DNA of 64,000 bases from a virus: positions 2,343 through 66,342 of the IMG/VR virus record IMGVR_UViG_3300032287_000965, one strand, 5' to 3'. Position 1 is the first letter of the stretch. Every line of letters begins with the position of its first letter. The notes under the pieces are model-generated. The model saw only the letters and a program-made list of their open reading frames with translations, was not told where the DNA came from and did no database searches. This document shows positions 52,900 through 62,146 of this stretch, one piece after another. Both the position numbers and the translations under genes were made by a program.

Positions 52900-54807
52900 T
52901 TATCTCCTACCGTCAGGCCGCACATCAATACGGGGCACACCCAACTGCCACTGCGTACCGATCGAATTTGACTCCACCTTAAACGCCATCTGTCTGCCAC
53001 GGATGCGGGAGTAAATAATCTCCGTGAACTGCTGCACGTTGTAGGTAGTCGTCCCAGCGTAGCTTTGCGCTGAGGTTACCGTGGGGTTGTCCGCAACACC
53101 ATAGTTTGAGCCGGGGTTCTGGCGTGGGCGCACCGTGAAGTTTACCACCGGGTTGTTTGTTGTCTCCCCGGTTGTGCTCGAACCGTCAAACGTAATATCC
53201 GGGATGATGCGCCAGACGAAGCCGTAGTTGTGGCCGTCACCAATATCAAAGTCCGAAGACTGCACGTAGGCATTAATAGCACTGGGCGGGTTAGTACTAC
53301 CGTCGTCCACCGCCGCTTCGTGGTACACAAGGATATTGCCAGCCGTTGCCGCTGTCGGGTACGGACGCAGGGGCGAATCCAACCAAGCCGTACGATCTAA
53401 GGTGCCGTAATACCAGACCCGGTCAAGGTAGTTAAAGATGACGTAGCGGTCGATGACAGTCGAGTTCTTAGAGCAGTAGTTCCACCAGACTTCTGAGTAG
53501 CCCTCGTTGGTGCCAGCATTGAACTGCGCTTCCTGATCCCGGTTAATATCATTGAAGATATAAGTACGCACCGAGCAAGGCAGTGTCTCAACCCGACCAG
53601 AGTAAGCATAGAACTTATCCACGCCCATCCAGTACACCACACCGTTGGCTGTCGCCATAGCATTTGGGGAGGCGATTGAGATATTGTCGGCGAGCAGGGT
53701 GAAGCCGTACACAAACGGTGGCCCAAGATACTGCATCGAGTAAATAGCAGCGTCCGTCCATACCACGATTTCTTGACGAGTTTGCAATGCTCCAACAATT
53801 GTAGAACCGTGAGACAGGCGGTAACTACCCGCTTGGTTTGTTGCAGATGGCGTCCAGTCGGTGTAGCTTTCCTGTGCAGTCCAGCGGATAAGCAGCGGGT
53901 CTATGGCTGTTGTGCCATAAGCGCCGTAGTCGTTACATCCAAACGCAATAACAATCCGCGAGGTGTCAGACACCATAATCTCGTTAATCAAAGCCGGAAC
54001 GTCCGTGCCAGACACCAAAGAGCCGCGAGTACCATAGGCAGGAGTTGCGCCACCACCGGGTTGCCACAAGTAAAGAGCGCCGCCACGTGGCGAGAACAGC
54101 AAGTCTTCGCCAAAGTTGGACTGGCTCCACAGGCGCAACTGCAAACCAAAACCTGTAGTAAAGCCTGAACCCCAAGAGCCGCGTGACCAAGCGCCCGTGC
54201 CCCAGCCAGTGCCGATGGTGTAAGTGGCAAAGCCCGTATTGATCTGATAGGCAATCGTTATTGTTGAAGCGGAGTTGCTTCCGGTTGTAGCAGTAGCCAA
54301 CGTAACTGTATAGACCGTACCTGAAGTAACAGTCGCAATCTGGTACTCACCATTAACATTCACACCACCAATCGTACCGGCACCTGCTATGGTGACAAAG
54401 TCATTAACCTGCAAGTTATCTGCGGCGCTGTCTGAAACAGTTAATACCGTACCGCTGGCAGTAAGCGTGATCGTAGAAGCATTAACTACAGGGGGGCCAG
54501 CAGAAGGTGTGTTGCCGTTTATTTCACGTAAGGGCGTGATGTCGTAGTAAGTACCGCCGTCTTCGATGTAGAACTTCAGGTTGGTGCCAACACCCATCAG
54601 GTTGTAGCTTCTAAGCGTTACCCAATTCCACAACGAGCGGCACACACCAAGGAAAGTGTTATACGACAGCGCAGCCCAGCCACCGATCTTCTCAGGGTAG
54701 CCAGAACGAAAACGCACCTTGTCGCAGTCGTAGTAGCCGCCCTCGTTAGAAAGCGTTGTGCCTTCGCGGTTTACGCCGGGGCGGAACTGTAGCTGTTGTA
54801 GTGGCAT
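52900..54807 (-). CDS. Tail hub / tail tubular protein B (P22 gp10-like stabilisation protein)
   Basis: ~635 aa beta-propeller-like; PG.N...T.....G.Y.D...VRF..G.PEKIGGW N-terminus, DP..IRW...E, W.LG..R.D..PDG.R C-terminus. Confidence 0.7.
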   Translation of the reverse strand: MPLQQLQFRPGVNREGTTLSNEGGYYDCDKVRFRSGYPEKIGGWAALSYNTFLGVCRSLWNWVTLRSYNLMGVGTNLKFYIEDGGTYYDITPLREINGNTPSAGPPVVNASTITLTASGTVLTVSDSAADNLQVNDFVTIAGAGTIGGVNVNGEYQIATVTSGTVYTVTLATATTGSNSASTITIAYQINTGFATYTIGTGWGTGAWSRGSWGSGFTTGFGLQLRLWSQSNFGEDLLFSPRGGALYLWQPGGGATPAYGTRGSLVSGTDVPALINEIMVSDTSRIVIAFGCNDYGAYGTTAIDPLLIRWTAQESYTDWTPSATNQAGSYRLSHGSTIVGALQTRQEIVVWTDAAIYSMQYLGPPFVYGFTLLADNISIASPNAMATANGVVYWMGVDKFYAYSGRVETLPCSVRTYIFNDINRDQEAQFNAGTNEGYSEVWWNYCSKNSTVIDRYVIFNYLDRVWYYGTLDRTAWLDSPLRPYPTAATAGNILVYHEAAVDDGSTNPPSAINAYVQSSDFDIGDGHNYGFVWRIIPDITFDGSSTTGETTNNPVVNFTVRPRQNPGSNYGVADNPTVTSAQSYAGTTTYNVQQFTEIIYSRIRGRQMAFKVESNSIGTQWQLGVPRIDVRPDGRR

Positions 54808-54809
54808 GG

Positions 54810-55538
54810 TTATGTCTTCCACACGTAAAATGTTACGCCACCTATTGCGTACGTAGCTATAGGCTCCCAGTCAGGGTAGCAGTAATCGCCAGATATAACG
54901 ATCTTTCCCGGCGCAAGCTTTTTGATGCTGGGTAGTGCTGCTTCGCACAGTGGACGCCCAAGGTACATATAAATCACCGTATACGGCGTCAAGTCCGCGC
55001 TAACCAAATCGCCTTCTATAAACGTAACGGGAGTGTTAGCAAGCTCGGCTTCAATCTGGCTTTGTCTGTACAACACAGGATTAACTTCCACGCCTGTTGC
55101 CTGCATACCGCACTTAGCGGCTGCAATAGCAACGCGCCCATTACCACACCCAAGGTCCACAAACTTATCCGACGCACTTAACTTAAGATTGCTAAACAGC
55201 GTACTAACCGCATCAGCGGGGGAAGGAGAAAAGCCTATGTAGATTGGCGGTTTATTTGTTGAGACCCATGTATAAGACTCTTCGTCCAACACGTACGTGA
55301 AACCGTCGTGCGGCATAGGCTCCAAAAACACATCGCGCTCAGAGACATACTGATACCCAATACCTGCAAACTGCCTACGAAAAACCCCGGAATAGCTAGT
55401 CTGCTTCCAGTTAGTATCAGCGCCCAGTAAGGCACGGCAAAACTCAACACCCGCCTCTTCAGTGGGGGCATCCTCATCACTAACTACGATGACTTGAAGT
55501 ACGTAGTTGTTGTCGTCAAGCTGTGCAAAATGCGCCAT
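54810..55538 (-). CDS. Tail-associated N-terminal domain fused to class I SAM-dependent methyltransferase
   Basis: MAHFA.LD.NN.V..VIVV...WKQTSY...R..FAGIGY, then FVDLGCGNGR, GVE, GD, VIYMYL. Confidence 0.7.
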   Translation of the reverse strand: MAHFAQLDDNNYVLQVIVVSDEDAPTEEAGVEFCRALLGADTNWKQTSYSGVFRRQFAGIGYQYVSERDVFLEPMPHDGFTYVLDEESYTWVSTNKPPIYIGFSPSPADAVSTLFSNLKLSASDKFVDLGCGNGRVAIAAAKCGMQATGVEVNPVLYRQSQIEAELANTPVTFIEGDLVSADLTPYTVIYMYLGRPLCEAALPSIKKLAPGKIVISGDYCYPDWEPIATYAIGGVTFYVWKT

Positions 55539-55540
55539 AG

Positions 55541-56338
55541 TTAGACCGTAAAAGTTCCAGACGAAGTGAATGTGTGCACCACGTAACCGGGGCGAGAAGA
55601 TGTGCTTATGTTGCCGCCCGACGCTCTAGGCACCAAACCGACATAAGCGATGATTACTACGCCGCTACCGCCCGATCCAGCACTACCGCCTTCTGTAGCA
55701 CCACCACCGCCACCACCAAGATTAGCGCCACCACCGCCACCGTTAGCATTGCGCCACCCGCCTGTACCACGTCCGTAGGTTGTGGGGCTTGACCATGAAC
55801 CGCCATCAGAGCCGCTGGAGCCGCTACCACCACCTGCATATCCTACGCTTGAACCTGTGATGGAATAATCAAGACCGACACCACCTATACCGCCGGGAGA
55901 AGTAAACGCCTGACCTTGTGGGCCCCCGCCAACTGCACCTGCCCCGCCACCACCGCCGCCGGGCGTATAGTGATTACCAGTAGCTGAACCGCCAGCATTA
56001 CCTTGCCCTGCTGTGCCTGAACCAGCGGTAGGGAAGTTAGTACTAGTACCGCCACCACCCGAACCGCCGCTCCCGCCACGTCCATTACCACCGCCTATTG
56101 CTGTGTAGCCAAACCCCGTAGTATTACTACCATTAGAGTCTGACCCACCCCCGCCACCTACGACAATGGAATACGCCCCAGAAGCAATAGCCAAACTGGA
56201 GTTGTAAATTAGACCGCCCGCACCGCCACCGCCACCACCATCAGCACCGTTTCTAGCCCCGCCACCACCTCCCGCAATGATTAATACTTCTGCGGTGATG
56301 GGTAGTTTTGTGCCGAATAAAAGTGCAGCGATGCCCAT
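55541..56338 (-). CDS. Glycine-rich tail-associated protein
   Basis: GGGGG repeats, G.GGSGVVII.Y, VHTFTSSGTF. Confidence 0.75.
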   Translation of the reverse strand: MGIAALLFGTKLPITAEVLIIAGGGGGARNGADGGGGGGAGGLIYNSSLAIASGAYSIVVGGGGGSDSNGSNTTGFGYTAIGGGNGRGGSGGSGGGGTSTNFPTAGSGTAGQGNAGGSATGNHYTPGGGGGGAGAVGGGPQGQAFTSPGGIGGVGLDYSITGSSVGYAGGGSGSSGSDGGSWSSPTTYGRGTGGWRNANGGGGGANLGGGGGGATEGGSAGSGGSGVVIIAYVGLVPRASGGNISTSSRPGYVVHTFTSSGTFTV

Positions 56339-57306
56339 TAGGAGACTCCAGCGCCTGTTATAACGAAGGTATTACTTGCGATACACAGCACCGTGCAGAG
56401 GCCATAGCCACCCAGAGTCCGATTGCCTGTCAAGCCCGAAGAAGCCAGCGTCATGGTTGTACCGCCGCCTTGAGTGATGGTCTGGCTAGAGCCTGAGTTG
56501 TTATAGATAGCCACCGCTTGCCCTGCGCTAAACACACCTGACGGTACCGTGACGCCACCTGTCGTAATAGACACAACTTGACCTGCATCCCCAACAACCA
56601 ATGTATATCCAGTAGTTTTATTCTGTACCGGTAGATTGCGCACGTTACCGATGGTGTCAGCAATGCTTGTCATGCCAGACATGGTGCCGCCGGTTATAGC
56701 TACGTTGTTAGCGTTTTGGGTGGACATGGTACCCAGCGCACTAGTGGTTGCCGTAACGAACGCCGTAGTCGCAGCCTTGGTCGTGTTGTCTCCGGGGGAC
56801 TGAGTTACGAACGTCGCATTGCCCGCAACCGAGAAGTCTCCTGTAACCGTAGCGTTGCCGCCAAAGCTCATGTTGTTTACGAAATGGTTTAGCTGCTCCA
56901 CCACGTTGGTGCCGTCTGCACGAAGAAGCACTGACTTGCCTGTTGGAATAGCTACGCCTGTACCCGCTGCTGTGGTATTACCAATAACGGTCGAGCAATA
57001 CACAGTGGCTGTGTAGCCTGACGGGTTGGTAACTAAGTACAGCTTGGTTACCGGTGGTACGTACACAGCAAAGTTGGCACCGGTGGTTGTAGTTAGGCTG
57101 AGAGCCGCGCACCGTGCTTGGTCAGCTGCGCCATTCTGAGCAGTCAGCGCTTGGTTTGCGGAAGTGACTGAGACCGATGCCAAACCCGAGATAGCGTCTT
57201 CGATAATGACACCAAGGTTGTCGTTGGTGATCGTGCCCCACGTACCGGTCTTCTCACCGTTGGCAATCAGTTCAATCCGTAGATCGGGGGAGTATGTACT
57301 TGGCAT
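56338..57306 (-). CDS. Tail fibre/adaptor protein
   Basis: Start trimmed to ATG 57306 (MPSTYS..L.IELI..GE..GTWG..TN.N); ATTAFV repeat unit. Confidence 0.7.
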   Translation of the reverse strand: MPSTYSPDLRIELIANGEKTGTWGTITNDNLGVIIEDAISGLASVSVTSANQALTAQNGAADQARCAALSLTTTTGANFAVYVPPVTKLYLVTNPSGYTATVYCSTVIGNTTAAGTGVAIPTGKSVLLRADGTNVVEQLNHFVNNMSFGGNATVTGDFSVAGNATFVTQSPGDNTTKAATTAFVTATTSALGTMSTQNANNVAITGGTMSGMTSIADTIGNVRNLPVQNKTTGYTLVVGDAGQVVSITTGGVTVPSGVFSAGQAVAIYNNSGSSQTITQGGGTTMTLASSGLTGNRTLGGYGLCTVLCIASNTFVITGAGVS

Positions 57307-57317
57307 CGTATTTCCTT

Positions 57318-57830
57318 TTAGGCAATCATGGTTTCCGCGTGGGTTTTGGCTTCTGCCACACGACGCAGCCATCCTTTACCGAACGTGCCAAACGTAGGCA
57401 GACTGCGGTAAAACGCTTCCTTTTCTGCACTGAATTTTGCCACTAATTCGCTCTGATTGGCATCTTTTAATGACTGCATAGTTTTGGGGCCGATAGCACC
57501 GTCCGGCGTTGTGCCAATTGCTTTCTGCATTGTCTTAATTGCACGACCGGGACCTGCGTTAATTGCAAAGTCGAACATCAGGTAGTCCAGACCATCCGGC
57601 AGATCGTCAGCCTTGACCGCATCCCAGTACTTCTTCTTGTACATCGGGCCTACCGTCTCAGGTGTCAGAGCGCGCATTGCCTTTTCGTCAACAGCATGGC
57701 CTACCCATTCTTCCCAGACTTTCTTGGTCACGCCCAGATTGGTCATGCCGCCGGGGTCTTTTGGATGATTTACGAAGCCACCCTCGTGCTTCAGGATAGC
57801 GTTAAGGGCTTCTTGGAAGTTCTCTTTCAT
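57318..57830 (-). CDS. Endolysin, glycoside hydrolase 108 + PG-binding domain
   Basis: HEGGFVNHPKDPGG.TN.GVT, Y...YW, FD.A.N.G, DG.IGP.T, FGKGW.RR. Confidence 0.92.
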   Translation of the reverse strand: MKENFQEALNAILKHEGGFVNHPKDPGGMTNLGVTKKVWEEWVGHAVDEKAMRALTPETVGPMYKKKYWDAVKADDLPDGLDYLMFDFAINAGPGRAIKTMQKAIGTTPDGAIGPKTMQSLKDANQSELVAKFSAEKEAFYRSLPTFGTFGKGWLRRVAEAKTHAETMIA

Positions 57831-58302
57831 TTCTCAGTATCTCCTGACAAGCTTTTAATTGGTGGGCGATTTCGTCGGCGTCTGCTGCGATGGCGATAAG
57901 AGCTTCCGCAGCCTCTCCTGAAAGTCGGGCTTTCGTTCCTCCATGATCGCTGCTGGTACTGGGGGAAGCACTGGGCACGGCGTTACTATGGTCTGGACAC
58001 GCGGCGTCGATGAACAACCCGTCAGTACGAGCAGTATTAACCAACTTAGTGCGCTCCACTTCAACAGTTCTAACTTTATCGACATAAACCTTCTCCACTC
58101 TGTTTTGTGTGTTTGCCAGCAAGTGCTCATACTCGGCTACCTTAGCTTGCTCTGCTGCCAGCACCTTGCCAGCTTCAATAGCGGCTGCGGCCTTCTCTTT
58201 CTCCCAGTCAGCCTTGGTTACCTGCACACCCGTATGATGCCCGTAGAAGTAAGAGCAGATGACAAGCACCAGAGCGCCGACAATCACATAAGGATTAGGC
58301 AT
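57802..58302 (-). CDS. Rz: i-spanin (Rz-like)
   Basis: N-terminal TM (start trimmed to ATG 58302), coiled coil, AD.....L.ACQ. Confidence 0.75.
   Translation of the reverse strand: MPNPYVIVGALVLVICSYFYGHHTGVQVTKADWEKEKAAAAIEAGKVLAAEQAKVAEYEHLLANTQNRVEKVYVDKVRTVEVERTKLVNTARTDGLFIDAACPDHSNAVPSASPSTSSDHGGTKARLSGEAAEALIAIAADADEIAHQLKACQEILRNERELPRSP
57855..58085 (-). CDS. Rz1: o-spanin (Rz1-like lipoprotein) embedded in Rz
   Basis: Alternate frame within Rz; MSIKLELLKWSALSWLILLVLTGC lipobox; Pro-rich. Confidence 0.75.
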   Translation of the reverse strand: MSIKLELLKWSALSWLILLVLTGCSSTPRVQTIVTPCPVLPPVPAAIMEERKPDFQERLRKLLSPSQQTPTKSPTN

Positions 58303-58573
58303 TTTCTTCTTTCCCGGCTTTGATTGACTCGATCTTTTCCTGACCACGCGTCCAAGCAGAGATGCCCAAAATTGCCATAAACGTAATGTGGATGAATCCG
58401 CCCGACTGCAAGGTCAAGGAAGTCCACTCACGGAAAGCGTCGTTAGCCGCTTGCGTCTCCCAGAACTGCACAACCGTCCACAGGATCGGAAACAGCACAA
58501 AGTCGCACAGGCAAATAATCATGTAAGTGATCGCCATCATCGGACGCCACTTAGTCGTCATCCAGTCATTCAT
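58295..58573 (-). CDS. Holin (3TM/GTA-type family-like)
   Basis: WRP.M...Y..IC..DF, hydrophobic helices, ILG..AW.RG.EK; located in the lysis cassette. Confidence 0.7.
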   Translation of the reverse strand: MNDWMTTKWRPMMAITYMIICLCDFVLFPILWTVVQFWETQAANDAFREWTSLTLQSGGFIHITFMAILGISAWTRGQEKIESIKAGKEENA

Positions 58574-58821
58574 TCTTCACCCCTCATTTCCCGTAGAACT
58601 TTTAAACGTAATTCTTTCATCTTGCGGGTCTCTTGCTCCGCACGGTACAACGCGTTGTTCATGTCCATGTACATCACCCCCATCACAGGCAGCGCAATAA
58701 CTAACACAAAACACAAGACCAGAACGGCGACGAGGAGTGCCCACGGTACGTCTGACTCAGGCGGAGGAGGATTAGGACTCCTACGTACCACGCCACGACG
58801 AAAAGGATTGCTCCAACCCAT
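58570..58821 (-). CDS. Small single-TM protein overlapping the upstream gene
   Basis: Strong TM helix plus basic coiled coil; ATGA coupling to holin; start uncertain. Confidence 0.55.
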   Translation of the reverse strand: MGWSNPFRRGVVRRSPNPPPPESDVPWALLVAVLVLCFVLVIALPVMGVMYMDMNNALYRAEQETRKMKELRLKVLREMRGEE

Positions 58822-59411
58822 ACCGCTTCTTCTTTCCTTTTTCTGATCCGCCTGCGTCTTTGCGCCGCTTCGATCTGCAACCTTGCTGTCTCACGCTTAT
58901 GTGCCTCGTCCTGCTCAACAACAATCTTCTGCCACATCTTCTCGTACTTGCCCCACAGGTCGCCTAGTTCCGCTGGCGCTTTGTAGACCATCGTCTCACG
59001 CAATTCAGCTAACATCGCATCCAGCCTTGACCGTATGATGACGCGCACTAACGCCCGCTTGCCAATCGACTCTGTGCCTGTGTACACCTGCTGCGCTTCT
59101 GCTTCCTGCTGGATAAAGACCTTACCAATCTTGTCGTACTCATCCATTAACGCACCCAGATCGTTACCTATCTGGATAAACACATCGTTCGGGTCAGCCT
59201 TGCCTATCTCTTGCACCCGCTGCACTTCTTCGTTGTACTGAATCTTCTGTGCGTTCGTCGGATTCTGAATCTTGCCGAACTGCGTCTTTAAATCGTCCAG
59301 TACATCTTTTACTTCCCCCGCTGCGCCCTTAATGTCCTTGTATAGCTGGCATCCTTTCTTAACCGCCGCGACAGCAGCGTTGGCAGCAGCTAGGAGCGTT
59401 AGTGGGTCCAC
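58701..59411 (-). CDS. Membrane-anchored coiled-coil hypothetical protein
   Basis: MDP.TL.A.A N-terminus, helical body, C-terminal TM. Confidence 0.7.
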   Translation of the reverse strand: MDPLTLLAAANAAVAAVKKGCQLYKDIKGAAGEVKDVLDDLKTQFGKIQNPTNAQKIQYNEEVQRVQEIGKADPNDVFIQIGNDLGALMDEYDKIGKVFIQQEAEAQQVYTGTESIGKRALVRVIIRSRLDAMLAELRETMVYKAPAELGDLWGKYEKMWQKIVVEQDEAHKRETARLQIEAAQRRRRIRKRKEEAVWVGAILFVVAWYVGVLILLRLSQTYRGHSSSPFWSCVLC

Positions 59412-59415
59412 ATCA

Positions 59416-60141
59416 TCAAATCGTATCTATCTTGGTCCAGCCCGGTGGCATGTCTGTGTCAATCACCACCCAGCCAGAGTTTGTGTTTGAGTTAATTACC
59501 TGCCAGTTCACCGTCTGACTGTCGTCGATCAACTCCCACAATAGGCGCTGGACGATGGAGTCAAACGCTTGAGCTGTCTCTGCAACAACTGCTACGGCAA
59601 CAATATTATTTACCACAGAAGCAACCGCCGTTGCAGTTTCCGATATGAACGCTACAGCAGTTAAGATGTTAGTAACAGAGTCAGAGGCGTTTGCTGTTTC
59701 TGCTGTGGCGGCTACTGCGTCTACTGTGCTCGTCGGTGTGTCAGTCAAATCCGCTACTTCAGCACAGACAACGCTTTGTACCGACCCGGCAGACGTAATG
59801 GTATCCGACACCTGCGAGTACACATCAATGTTTGCCACAGCGACGAGCGTATTGGTAACGGCATCTACACCCTGCAATATCTCGGCAATTGCGGCTAGTG
59901 CGTCCAGCGTGTTGACAACTGTGTCTGTGCCTTCGGCTGTTTCTGCGATGTTGACCGGGATTGTAGCTACACCCACCAAAGAGTCTGCGCCTTGTGCCGT
60001 TTCGCTTATGCTGACCGGAATTGTAGATACCCCTGCGACCGCGTCTTGTGCCTGTGCCGTTTCAGAAACGTCAAGGTTCCACGTACGTGCAGCCGCCGTA
60101 GCAAATGGGGTAGTACAAAACGCGCTGTCAGCGAATAGCAT
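59416..60141 (-). CDS. Repetitive virion structural protein
   Basis: ~19-aa ETA...D repeats; N-terminal F....F...PF; C-terminal W..I repeats. Confidence 0.65.
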   Translation of the reverse strand: MLFADSAFCTTPFATAAARTWNLDVSETAQAQDAVAGVSTIPVSISETAQGADSLVGVATIPVNIAETAEGTDTVVNTLDALAAIAEILQGVDAVTNTLVAVANIDVYSQVSDTITSAGSVQSVVCAEVADLTDTPTSTVDAVAATAETANASDSVTNILTAVAFISETATAVASVVNNIVAVAVVAETAQAFDSIVQRLLWELIDDSQTVNWQVINSNTNSGWVVIDTDMPPGWTKIDTI

Positions 60142-60281
60142 TAGTCCTCCGCTGGCTCCGGTACGTTGCCTTCTTCAATCCACTTTAAATACGCTTGGTA
60201 ATCCGTGTTGGCTGGATCGAAGGGGATAAAAGCGTTGTCTAACAGACGTTGCACTGTGTTGTATTGGGTTAGTTTGTACAT
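60141..60281 (-). CDS. Small tail-fibre-associated protein (46 aa)
   Basis: Not in ORF track. MYKLTQYNTVQRLLDNAFIPFDPANTDYQAYLKWIEEGNVPEPAED; fills the gap exactly. Confidence 0.75.
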   Translation of the reverse strand: MYKLTQYNTVQRLLDNAFIPFDPANTDYQAYLKWIEEGNVPEPAED

Positions 60282-61331
60282 TTATAGCTCCGCTGCAAAC
60301 GTCATTTTTCCTGAGTTATTTGAATATAAAACCATTGCTCCAGTAGCAGAAGCCTGTGTTTGGAATGACCATGTTGACCCATCAGCTCCTAATGCTACAG
60401 GTTGCCCACAATTTGTAACAGCAAAAGTACCGCTAATAGTCATCGTAGGGGAAGTTCGCATTTGTACTGGAAATTGATACTGATTACCAACGTATGAACC
60501 AGAAGTTGTGTAACTCCGCAAAGTTATAGAATTTAAATCACCTGTATTTCCGCCAACTTGTTGATAGTACCTCTGACACAACGCCAACTCCGTACCATAC
60601 GGCCTGTAGTCAAAGCTGGTGGCTGTGCTGCCTTTTTCGAGTTGTACGCCGGTGATGTAGAAGGTGGCTCCGTTGGTTCCGACTACACTGGTTGCGCCAG
60701 TTGCAGATGAATAGTTAGCTCCTGCCCATGTACCTGCTGTTCCGCTATATGTGGAGCCAACACCCAAACCAAAATATACGTTGATGCCTATACCATTAGT
60801 GGTCAGCCAAGTACCTGACGTATCACCAGCAATAGTCACTGTCTTATATTCAAATGTGTTAGCCGCTGATATTGTGTATGTAAATGGATATGACCTTGAA
60901 CCATCTGCGTTTCCAACCGAACCACCAAAAGTTCCAGTTAAAGAAGAACGAACCCAAAATGACAATGTAACGGTAGCCGCACTTGCAGTACCCCAAGCTA
61001 AATCTGCTACATTAAGCCCTTCAATTCGTTGGTCAATAAAGAATATGTCACCAGCAGCAATTGAATATGCGCTTAATGATGTAACGCCAAGATATTTTGT
61101 AAAACCTGCTGGTGGCGTAACAGAACCTGCGTTTTGCTGCACTGAATATTTAGATGCTTGCGTTAATCCAGCAAACCACCTATCCACCAAATACTGCCCG
61201 TTCGTCGGTGTCACACTCGCCCCAGCATTGCGCTGGTCAATCACCATCGCACCGTTAATAATCCGGTTCTTGAAGCCGTAATACTGCGCGTTGGAGTCGA
61301 GCAGTCCGGGGGAGACGGTTGTTAATGCCAT
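60282..61331 (-). CDS. Tail fibre protein with carbohydrate-binding-like domain
   Basis: KNRIING.M.IDQR, DRW, TLSFWV, ITGVQLE.GS.AT.F..R....EL.LCQRYY. Confidence 0.75.
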   Translation of the reverse strand: MALTTVSPGLLDSNAQYYGFKNRIINGAMVIDQRNAGASVTPTNGQYLVDRWFAGLTQASKYSVQQNAGSVTPPAGFTKYLGVTSLSAYSIAAGDIFFIDQRIEGLNVADLAWGTASAATVTLSFWVRSSLTGTFGGSVGNADGSRSYPFTYTISAANTFEYKTVTIAGDTSGTWLTTNGIGINVYFGLGVGSTYSGTAGTWAGANYSSATGATSVVGTNGATFYITGVQLEKGSTATSFDYRPYGTELALCQRYYQQVGGNTGDLNSITLRSYTTSGSYVGNQYQFPVQMRTSPTMTISGTFAVTNCGQPVALGADGSTWSFQTQASATGAMVLYSNNSGKMTFAAEL

Positions 61332-61334
61332 GTT

Positions 61335-61598
61335 TTACTCCGGTTTCGGATACTTTGTCTTGACTGCATCAATCGCAGCTTTCCATGCGTCATAGCCGCC
61401 GTGGTACAACAGGTCGAACTGATCCGCGAATGACGGGTACTCTGCTGCGCGTTGGTACTTGTACATGTTGGGGTCAACCCACGCATTGACTGCTGCTTCG
61501 TCAATTTCAACCTTGTTACCCTGCGCATCGAACGCGCCTGTGCCGTCATCAATTGTGACTACGTTAGGGTAAAGCGCGTAAATAGCATCGTGATTCAT
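61335..61598 (-). CDS. Tail-fibre assembly/chaperone-like protein
   Basis: Y...R..EYP...DQ.D.LYH.....W...I..VK..YPK. Confidence 0.65.
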   Translation of the reverse strand: MNHDAIYALYPNVVTIDDGTGAFDAQGNKVEIDEAAVNAWVDPNMYKYQRAAEYPSFADQFDLLYHGGYDAWKAAIDAVKTKYPKPE

Positions 61599-62146
61599 CC
61601 GGCAATCTCCATGACTACTATTGATGATACGCCTCGGGCGTCATAACTAACTGTGTTTCGGTCTGCGAGACTTCTGTTTATATACATTGTGCCCCCTTGG
61701 CCATCAGCCCTAGCACTAGCTTGTATTTTATAAGTGATAGCACTTGCTGTTGCCGGGGAATCCAGATAGTCCATACTCTCTCTTACCCATTGACCGTCAG
61801 TTGCTGAATTGGTTGAGTTTGAATAATACAAAAAGGCTATTGGCCTACTTCCTGCTGCATCAGCCAAACCAATTTGTGTGCTGTTTCTTAGTAGCGCAAC
61901 AGGGCCTACATACAACGTATTGAGGTACGTCATATTAACCATTATCAGAAATTTGCTTGAAGATGATGTCGGCGTGATGGTGACACTCAGCCCAGATACA
62001 TCTTGCAAACTAGTGCTTGTGGTGGAAAAAGTATCTGTCTTAAACCCCTGCGCCACCTGCAACACGCCCCCAGCATTCACTATGCTGGTGTTCAACTTCC
62101 CCGTTGCTGAATTAATTACGCTTGCCAGCGTTGCTGCGGTAGTCAT
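61595..62146 (-). CDS. Tail fibre protein
   Basis: G.VLQV, GLSVTITP.S.SSK.L, DSP.T.SA.TYK.Q, S.I..MEIA. Confidence 0.7.
   Translation of the reverse strand: MTTAATLASVINSATGKLNTSIVNAGGVLQVAQGFKTDTFSTTSTSLQDVSGLSVTITPTSSSSKFLIMVNMTYLNTLYVGPVALLRNSTQIGLADAAGSRPIAFLYYSNSTNSATDGQWVRESMDYLDSPATASAITYKIQASARADGQGGTMYINRSLADRNTVSYDARGVSSIVVMEIAG

Noticed and set aside
54810-55538. DNA methyltransferase for restriction evasion
   Set aside because: Lacks DPPY/NPPY or PC catalytic motifs.
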